DNA of 64,000 nucleotides from an uncultured Candidatus Saccharibacteria bacterium (lineage in GTDB: Bacteria; Patescibacteriota; Doudnabacteria; UBA920), in contig CAZQMO010000001.1 in the NCBI GenBank assembly GCA_964594755.1, positions 68,838 through 132,837 on the forward strand, read 5' to 3'. A model generated the notes under the pieces. It saw only the letters and a program-made list of their open reading frames with translations. It was not told the origin of the DNA and did not search any database. Below, piece after piece: positions 58,582 to 64,000 of the stretch (the stretch's first letter is position 1; every line of letters starts with the position of its first letter). Position numbers and translations under genes: made by a program.

Positions 58582-58796
58582 TAATATTAGAACTTTGAGG
58601 GGGATTAAAATCAAGCGGCCGCAAAAACAACGGCGCACATCGTTATTTGCCGCTAACGTTAGTGCCCTGGTGACACCGCTTGAAGAGGTGCAGGACGGGA
58701 TCATAACCCAATCCCTGTATCTCGATAGGTAGCCACCGATGTGTCTGCCGCCCGAAGCCGCAACTCTTCTCCATCAGGGGTTGCGGCTTTTTTCTT
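58582..58796 (+). ncRNA. Candidate structured ncRNA B (about 215 nt); weak resemblance to SRP-RNA helix-8 motif, unverified
   Basis: Runs from the promoter above to the terminator aagccgcaac-(16 nt)-gttgcggctt plus TTTTCTTTT (58755-58796). It contains ccctggtgacaccgcttgaagaggtgcaggacggg, loosely similar to the SRP RNA CAGG-GNRA-AGCAGC core. Confidence 0.35.
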
Positions 58797-58826
58797 TTGC
58801 CAAAACCTGCTTAATTTTGGTATAAT
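58797..58826 (+). promoter_or_regulatory. Promoter of aspS (TTGCCA -18- TGGTATAAT, extended -10); leaderless
   Basis: The -10 ends 10 nt before the ATG at 58837, so the TSS sits about 3 nt before the start codon. Confidence 0.6.
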
Positions 58827-58836
58827 TTATCAGATT

Positions 58837-60609
58837 ATGGAACGAATACTAACCTCAGAAACTCTCAACTTAGTCGGACACGAAGTCACTCTCGCCGGCT
58901 GGGTCAACAACAGCCGTGACCACGGCGGTTTAATTTTTATTGACCTTCGCGACCACACTGGAATAGTGCAATTAACTATTCATCCTGAACAAAAAGAAGC
59001 TTTTGAAATCGCAGGTTCAGTTAGAGATGAATTCGTTATCAAAGCAGCTGGTAAAGTTGCTGAGCGAAGCAAAGATTTAGTTAATCCAAACCTGCCGACT
59101 GGGCAAATCGAAATTGTAGTTAGCGATTTAGAAATCCTAAACAAGTCCGAAGTGCTCCCCTTCCCTGTGTCTTTCGGCACCGAAGAAGTCAACGAAGAAC
59201 TCCGCTTAAAATATCGTTTCTTAGATTTGCGCCGACCTAAAATGCAATCACGATTGCGTCGCCGAGACCAATTCAATACCAAGATTCGCGAATACATGCA
59301 CGGCCGTGACTTCACCGAGGTCACAACTCCGATTCTTACTTCATCTAGCCCAGAAGGTGCTCGCGATTATTTAGTGCCCTCTCGCCTCCATCCAGGAAAG
59401 TTTTATGCTCTACCACAAGCCCCTCAACAATTTAAACAATTGTTAATGGTCGGTGGCTTACCAAAGTATTTCCAGATTGCACCTTGTTTCCGTGATGAAG
59501 ACCCGCGCGCTGACCGCCATCCTGGCGAGTTTTATCAACTCGACTTGGAAATGGCTTTTGTTGATAGCGGAACACAAGTATTAGAAGAAATTGAACCTCT
59601 AATTACTTCTTTAGTAGAAGACTTTGCAGGCAAGAAGGTTTTGCAATCACCTGCCCCACGCATTCCCTACAACGAAGCCATGGACAAATATGGCAGTGAC
59701 AAACCAGATTTACGATTTGGTATGGAGATGGTGGATTTAACTGACGACTTTAAGAATACTGAATTTAGCGTGTTCGCTACAGCCATCAAAGACGGCGGCG
59801 TGATCAAAGCTATTAACGCTAACAAGGCTGCTAGCTTTTCTCGTAGTCAAATTGATCAACTCACTGAACAAGCTAAACGCGATGGTGCTGGTGGCTTAGC
59901 CTACATATTGTTTACCGAAGAAGGACCAAAGTCTCCTATCTTAAAGTTCATGTCCGAAGCAGAGATCTCTGCTATCAAAACTAAGACCAATGCCCAAACT
60001 GGTGATGCCGTATTCTTTGGTGCAGACGACAAAGCTGTGGTTAATAAAGTTCTGGGTGGCCTGCGTTCAACACTTGGAGATTTACTAAATCTCAAAGATC
60101 CAAATGTAGTTGCTTTGGCTTGGATTGTAGATTTCCCATTGTACGAATACAACGAATCAGAAAAGAAAATTGATTTTTCTCACAACCCATTCTCCATGCC
60201 GGTTGGTGGCTTAAAAGCGTTTGATAATGCTGAACCTTTAGATATTAAAGCTGATCAATACGATATGGTGGCTAATGGTTACGAAATTTGCAGCGGCGCC
60301 GTGCGCAACTACAATCCAGAAGTTATGTACAAAGCTTTTGATATTGTTGGCATTGGGAAAGACGAAGTTAATCAAAAGTTTGGCGCCATGATTAATGCAT
60401 TCAAGTTTGGCGCACCTCCTCACGGTGGCTGTGCTTTTGGCTTAGATCGTTTATTTATGATTCTAGAAAATGAACCAAACATCCGCGAAGTAATTGCTTT
60501 CCCAAAGAATGGTTCGGCGATTGATACCTTAATGGATGCTCCAAGCGATGTTGATGAAAAACAACTCAAAGATTTACATATCAAACTAGACATCCAAACC
60601 AAAAAGTAA
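58837..60609 (+). CDS. aspS: Aspartyl-tRNA synthetase (bacterial type)
   Basis: N-terminal OB domain (MERILTSETLNLVGHEVTLAGWV), class II motifs 1-3, GAD insertion and C-terminal GLDR motif. The track ORF's upstream extension (58741) is unsupported. Confidence 0.93.
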   Translation: MERILTSETLNLVGHEVTLAGWVNNSRDHGGLIFIDLRDHTGIVQLTIHPEQKEAFEIAGSVRDEFVIKAAGKVAERSKDLVNPNLPTGQIEIVVSDLEILNKSEVLPFPVSFGTEEVNEELRLKYRFLDLRRPKMQSRLRRRDQFNTKIREYMHGRDFTEVTTPILTSSSPEGARDYLVPSRLHPGKFYALPQAPQQFKQLLMVGGLPKYFQIAPCFRDEDPRADRHPGEFYQLDLEMAFVDSGTQVLEEIEPLITSLVEDFAGKKVLQSPAPRIPYNEAMDKYGSDKPDLRFGMEMVDLTDDFKNTEFSVFATAIKDGGVIKAINANKAASFSRSQIDQLTEQAKRDGAGGLAYILFTEEGPKSPILKFMSEAEISAIKTKTNAQTGDAVFFGADDKAVVNKVLGGLRSTLGDLLNLKDPNVVALAWIVDFPLYEYNESEKKIDFSHNPFSMPVGGLKAFDNAEPLDIKADQYDMVANGYEICSGAVRNYNPEVMYKAFDIVGIGKDEVNQKFGAMINAFKFGAPPHGGCAFGLDRLFMILENEPNIREVIAFPKNGSAIDTLMDAPSDVDEKQLKDLHIKLDIQTKK

Positions 60610-60611
60610 TT

Positions 60612-61364
60612 TTGGCTCACGTAAAACTCCAACAATTTGAAGGACCGCTTGATTTATTACTCAGCTTAATTGAAGAGCAAAAATTGAGCATCACTGACAT
60701 CGCACTCGCCGAAGTTACCGAGCAGTTTTTAAATTATGTAAAACAGTTAGAGCAAATTGAACCAACGGCTTTAGCTGATTATTTAAATATCGCTGCCAAA
60801 CTGTTGGTGATTAAATCAAAAGCCATCTTGCCAAGCTTAGAAGTTGCTGAAGATGATGAAGCTGAACCAGAAGAAGATCTGACCAGTAAACTAATTCTTT
60901 ATAAAAAATTCAAAGAAGTGGCTCGGTATTTGCGTCAGGTTGACTCACAAAACCAGCAAGGATTTATTAGAACTGCCGTGTTCTCTCAAAAAGTAAACTT
61001 CTTCCCAGACCCACATGTCACAGCCCAGACCTTGCATGATTCCATTCTCAAAGTCCTCCAGCAACTCAAAGAATTAGATAATCTACCCAAAGCTCGCGTC
61101 AAAGAAGCAGTCTCCATTCAAGAAAAGATTTCTCATTTACAAGATAGTTTAGCTAGTCGGATTGAAACTAGCCTCAGCGAACTCCTCGCAGAAGCTAAAA
61201 ATAAAGATGAAGTGATTGTGACTTTTTTAGCCCTATTAGAGCTAATCAAACAACGTATCTTTAGCGTTGAACAAGAATTACTGTTCACAGATGTTAAAAT
61301 AAAAAAGTACCAGCCAAGCACTGCTAATGAATCAGTTTCTCAAGAAGAACAAACCCAAAACTAA
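60612..61364 (+). CDS. scpA: Segregation and condensation protein A
   Basis: ScpA N-terminal motif FEGPLDLLLSLIEEQKLSITDIALAEVTEQF. Confidence 0.88.
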   Translation: MAHVKLQQFEGPLDLLLSLIEEQKLSITDIALAEVTEQFLNYVKQLEQIEPTALADYLNIAAKLLVIKSKAILPSLEVAEDDEAEPEEDLTSKLILYKKFKEVARYLRQVDSQNQQGFIRTAVFSQKVNFFPDPHVTAQTLHDSILKVLQQLKELDNLPKARVKEAVSIQEKISHLQDSLASRIETSLSELLAEAKNKDEVIVTFLALLELIKQRIFSVEQELLFTDVKIKKYQPSTANESVSQEEQTQN

Positions 61365-61912
61365 TGAACCAACTTACTTCCAAAATCCATAGTCTTTTAT
61401 TTGTCACTAGCAAGCCAATGAGTGTTAAACAATTGGCGAAATTTGTTGATGCTCCAGAAACTGATATTCAATCTGCTCTCCAGGAACTAAAAGCTTACAC
61501 CGCAAATAGCGGCGTAATCTTACTCGAAGCTAATGGTAGTTTCCAGTTAGCCACTGCCAGCAGCAACACTGATATCGTAACTAATTTTCTAAATAGCGAC
61601 CTCCGCGAGCAACTTACGGATGCGACTGCTGAGGTTCTCGCCATTATCGCTTACCGCCAACCGATCTCTAAATCAGAAATAGAATCCATTCGCGGCGTGA
61701 ACTCGCAATATTCCATCCGTGCTTTATTGATGCGCGGGCTAATCGAGAAAGTTTCCAACCCGGATGATAGCCGCAGCAACTATTATCAAATCACCACGGA
61801 ATTCTTACAACAACTCGGTATTTCATCTATCAATGATTTACCTAACTTTGAGGAATTGACCCAAAACATAAAACTACCTGAGACTCCTGCTGCTAGCGAA
61901 TCTCAGCAATAA
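61364..61912 (+). CDS. scpB: Segregation and condensation protein B
   Basis: Two winged-helix ScpB motifs (LLFVTSKPMSVKQL; AIIAYRQPISKSEIESIRGVNS). Overlaps the scpA stop. Confidence 0.88.
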   Translation: MNQLTSKIHSLLFVTSKPMSVKQLAKFVDAPETDIQSALQELKAYTANSGVILLEANGSFQLATASSNTDIVTNFLNSDLREQLTDATAEVLAIIAYRQPISKSEIESIRGVNSQYSIRALLMRGLIEKVSNPDDSRSNYYQITTEFLQQLGISSINDLPNFEELTQNIKLPETPAASESQQ

Positions 61913-61914
61913 AA

Positions 61915-61941
61915 AAAGACTCGGAGGATGAGTCTTTAAGT
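61915..61941. terminator. Bidirectional terminator hairpin (aagactc-ggaggat-gagtctt) after scpB
   Basis: Stem flanked by A7 upstream and T-rich sequence on the - strand. Confidence 0.55.
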
Positions 61942-61943
61942 CG

Positions 61944-62036
61944 TTCGAGCAGGAGTCGAACCTGCGAGCACAGTCTGTCGTGCACCACCCTACCTTAAAC
62001 TGCAAGGCAAAGCTTCCAAACCAATTGGCCGAACCA
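61944..62036 (-). other. Aberrant tRNA-like element (canonical T-arm GCAGG-TTCGACT-CCTGC plus 3' acceptor strand, but no standard cloverleaf)
   Basis: The - strand reads ...GGTGCACGACAGACTGTGCTCGCAGGTTCGACTCCTGCTCGAACGA. It has a T-loop identical to the selC-type GGTTCGACTCC. A 6/7 acceptor pairing exists with GGTTCGG about 95 nt upstream. The body is too long or irregular for Leu/Ser/Tyr and has no UCA anticodon, so it is not a tRNA-Sec. Confidence 0.3.
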
Positions 62037-62179
62037 GCATCATTCCTCCGAGTTTTTTTTTGCTATACTTCAACGGTCGCAGTTTTTGTATCCCTTGTCA
62101 ACCTACTGATATAAAAATAAAACCAAAAATAATTTTTTGGTTTTATTAGTCAGTAAAGAAATTTAAAGAAAAACAGGGA

Positions 62180-62302
62180 TTAGCGAGGAAGCTGCTCGTA
62201 GGATTCTTGCGGTGAAGAAGGGATCTCACCTTTGATTTTTGTGTTATCGCAGGCTCCTGCAACTAAACCCAAGGACAGGAGAGCAATCAAAAAATATTTC
62301 AT
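62180..62302 (-). CDS. Small putative lipoprotein (40 aa, MKYFLIALLSLGLVAGACDNTKIK...), leaderless
   Basis: Signal peptide ending in the lipobox-like LVAGA-C. An extended -10 TGGTATAAT lies 6 nt upstream of the ATG (62306-62314) with -35 TTGGAA at a 17-nt spacing. Confidence 0.45.
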   Translation of the reverse strand: MKYFLIALLSLGLVAGACDNTKIKGEIPSSPQESYEQLPR

Positions 62303-62351
62303 GAATTTATTATACCATCTGGTGTGATTTTTTCCAAAAACCTTCCCAATC

Positions 62352-62380
62352 TTGCCAATCCCCCAAAAATCCGGTAATAT
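62352..62380 (+). promoter_or_regulatory. sigma-70 promoter for cation antiporter gene (TTGCCA -17- TAATAT)
   Basis: ttgcca at 62352-57, a 17-nt spacer, taatat at 62375-80. Confidence 0.6.
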
Positions 62381-62423
62381 ACCTAAGTTGTCAAAATTAA
62401 ATCGGAGGGAAAAAGCAAACTTT

Positions 62424-63851
62424 ATGCTAAAAAACTTTGTGATTCATGGTGTGCAGACCATGCGCTCAAGAATCAAATTCGCAGCCTTTATGGCTGTTAT
62501 TGTTTTGGTCAGTTCACCTTTTGTTGAGGCAGCAGGCGCTGCCGCAGGAGGAGATCACTCAAGTTTCGTAACCACGTTCCTGTGGATGGGCGTGATTTTG
62601 CTGGCTGCCAAAGTAGCTAGCTTGATTGAACGATTCGGCCAATCCGCCGTGCTTGGTGAACTGTTAATGGGTCTGATTCTTGGAAATCTTTATCTAATAG
62701 GGATAACGATTTTTGAACCTATTAAAAGCGATACGTTCATTCCGTTCTTGGCTGAGCTAGGTGTAGTAATTCTGCTATTCCAAGTCGGCCTGGAATCCAA
62801 TATCAAGAAAATGGCCCAAAAAGGCGTTAGAGCGCTGTTAGTGGCTATTATCGGTGTAGTTGCGCCGTTTGTTCTTGGTACTTGGGTAGTTGGGCCCTGG
62901 CTCTTGCCTGGACTTGATTTCAACGCCTACCTATTCCTCGGCGCCGCACTTACCGCAACTTCGGTTGGTATTACCGCCCGTGTATTCCGTGACTTAGGGC
63001 AAAGCCAAAGCGATGAAGCTGGAATCATTGTTGGTGCTGCAGTTATCGACGATGTGATGGGTCTGATCGTGTTGGCTGTGGTTTCTGCGATGGTCACTGA
63101 AGGTAGTGTTAGTGTGGCCACCGTGGCAATAATCATTGCGAAAGCCATCGGGTTCTTAGTCGGAGCGATAGTTATCGGACAACTTACAGCCAATCAAATC
63201 GGTAAGTTCTTCTCCAAGATTCACACCGGCGTGGGCATGAAGTTTACATTAGCAATCGTTTTCGCTTTAGTATTCGCAGCTGTAGCTGGTTTGATTGGTC
63301 TCGCACCAATCGTGGGCGCCTTCGCCGCCGGTCTGATTCTAGACCCGGTTCACTTCTCGTACTTCAAGAAGCCAAAATCTGTTGAAGACTTGGAAATTCA
63401 CATTTCCGACTCAACTGACGAGGTAACTAAATCTAAACTAAAAGAGATTGCCGAAGAACATAACGAGAAGCATGTCGAAGACCTCATCGAGCCAGTGGCT
63501 ACTATGATGGTACCAATCTTCTTTGTATTCACAGGTATGAGCGTAAAGCTTGATACCCTGTTTGATCCTAAAATTCTTTTGGTAGCATTAGGTATCACAG
63601 CGGTCGCGTTTGTAGGAAAGTATGTTGCTGGTCTTGTAGCTGGTAATGTCAACAAGCATATCGTTGGCTTCGGCATGGTGCCGCGCGGTGAAGTTGGCTT
63701 GATCTTTGCTACGATCGGTAAAGGCCTTGGTGTGCTTAATGACGAAGTGTTCTCGGTAATCGTAGTGATGGTAATTCTAACCACCCTCATTACCCCGATT
63801 ATCCTAACCACTTTAATCAAACGGCAGACCTTACGGCAAGCTGCGGCTTAA
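62424..63851 (+). CDS. Cation:proton antiporter (CPA1/CPA2 superfamily, Na+/H+ exchanger-like)
   Basis: Eleven to thirteen TM helices with conserved acidic residues in the mid-membrane helices (VIDDVMGLIVLAV). The likely start is ATG 62424, downstream of the promoter; the track ORF starts earlier. Confidence 0.8.
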   Translation: MLKNFVIHGVQTMRSRIKFAAFMAVIVLVSSPFVEAAGAAAGGDHSSFVTTFLWMGVILLAAKVASLIERFGQSAVLGELLMGLILGNLYLIGITIFEPIKSDTFIPFLAELGVVILLFQVGLESNIKKMAQKGVRALLVAIIGVVAPFVLGTWVVGPWLLPGLDFNAYLFLGAALTATSVGITARVFRDLGQSQSDEAGIIVGAAVIDDVMGLIVLAVVSAMVTEGSVSVATVAIIIAKAIGFLVGAIVIGQLTANQIGKFFSKIHTGVGMKFTLAIVFALVFAAVAGLIGLAPIVGAFAAGLILDPVHFSYFKKPKSVEDLEIHISDSTDEVTKSKLKEIAEEHNEKHVEDLIEPVATMMVPIFFVFTGMSVKLDTLFDPKILLVALGITAVAFVGKYVAGLVAGNVNKHIVGFGMVPRGEVGLIFATIGKGLGVLNDEVFSVIVVMVILTTLITPIILTTLIKRQTLRQAAA

Positions 63852-63852
63852 T

Positions 63853-63885
63853 TCAGAACCACCTTCGGGTGGTTCTTTTTTTACT
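63853..63885 (+). terminator. Rho-independent terminator (gaaccaccc-ttcg-gggtggttc TTTTTTT)
   Basis: Perfect 9-bp stem plus a T-run after the antiporter gene. Confidence 0.8.
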
Positions 63886-63972
63886 CTTTTCAAACCAGCT
63901 GTTTTTTGGTAAAATTTTCCTGTCATCATCAATCCACCTGTCATCCTGAACTTAATTCAGGATCTTTTATAA

Positions 63973-64000
63973 GGCGCCATCGTCTAGTGGTTAGGACACA
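63973..64000 (+). tRNA. tRNA (probably tRNA-Glu), 5' part only; truncated by window end
   Basis: GGCGCCATCGTCTAGTGGTTAGGACACA matches the acceptor and D-arm of Glu-type tRNAs (TCGTCTAG.GG...AGGACAC). Confidence 0.5.

Noticed and set aside
58260-58704. Track ORFs 58260..58496(+), 58397..58630(-) and 58474..58704(-) inside the GC-rich island
   Set aside because: These are Arg-rich, mutually overlapping on both strands, with no domain signature and broken by the mapped promoter and terminator. They are typical artefacts of GC-rich structured non-coding DNA.
58741-58836. N-terminal extension of aspS (track ORF start 58741)
   Set aside because: The extension runs through the terminator and promoter, is not AspRS-like, and the real OB-fold start MERILTSE follows the -10 element.
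61944-62400. tmRNA (ssrA) ending at the T-arm/acceptor at about 61946
   Set aside because: No complementary 5' acceptor strand or GC-rich pseudoknot body lies upstream on the - strand. The upstream region is AT-rich and holds a promoter and lipoprotein gene, and a terminator, not a coding piece, follows the T-arm, arguing against a permuted form too.
1005-63820. Numerous short antisense or alternate-frame track ORFs within the assigned genes across the window
   Set aside because: Each is embedded within a longer, motif-supported gene on the other strand or frame. This set includes 1005..1205, 3614..3862, 4890..5081, 9738..10142, 14019..14300, 40560..40915, 49495..49815, 62690..63193 and 63398..63820.
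1-64000. Alternative genetic code (UGA recoding, as in some CPR lineages)
   Set aside because: prmC and the amidohydrolase end in TGA at positions consistent with their homologs, and ORF lengths match families. Standard code 11 fits.
1-64000. CRISPR arrays, rRNA genes, transposases/integrases, prophage
   Set aside because: No direct-repeat/spacer periodicity, rRNA-like conserved blocks, DDE/Tyr-recombinase motifs or phage structural genes were seen.

Overview
This 64-kb window is a gene-dense chromosomal segment of an AT-moderate (about 40-42% GC), small-genome bacterium. TGA, TAA and TAG are all used as stops, so this is standard code 11. Gene content and compact overlapping operons resemble a reduced Patescibacteria/CPR-like genome (inference). 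Promoters are near-consensus sigma-70, with many leaderless starts.

Almost all coding sequence is core housekeeping. Cell wall and division genes appear as scattered dcw fragments: murD-amidohydrolase-mraY-dacA, murB-murC-patatin-murG-3xGT4, and a separate ftsW. Other core genes are secA, secDF, pepN, hpf, the uppS operon, rpmG, rpsB-tsf, rpmE, prfA-prmC, rplY, dnaE, thrS, map plus two adenylate-kinase-family genes, a Kef-like transporter, cysS, dnaB, recR, lgt, aspS, scpAB and a cation antiporter. RNA genes are RNase P RNA, tRNA-Trp, tRNA-Thr(TGT), tRNA-Tyr, tRNA-Thr(GGT) and a partial tRNA-Glu at the window edge.

Features not explained by the core annotation:
1. A three-gene operon (sigma70-r4/HARE-HTH protein, membrane protein, T4SS VirB4/VirD4-like P-loop ATPase) behind a consensus promoter.
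2. A roughly 0.9-kb GC-rich, highly structured non-coding island upstream of aspS, holding two promoter/terminator-bounded candidate ncRNAs.
3. A 760-bp dnaE-thrS spacer with tandem promoter/terminator units.
4. An orphan, higher-GC zinc-ribbon gene inside the tRNA cluster.
5. An aberrant tRNA-like element after scpB.
6. Two probable pseudo-enzymes: an amidohydrolase lacking predicted metal ligands and an HtrA-like protein lacking the catalytic His.
7. Several strongly SD-initiated micro-ORFs.

No CRISPR array, rRNA, transposase or integrase was seen.
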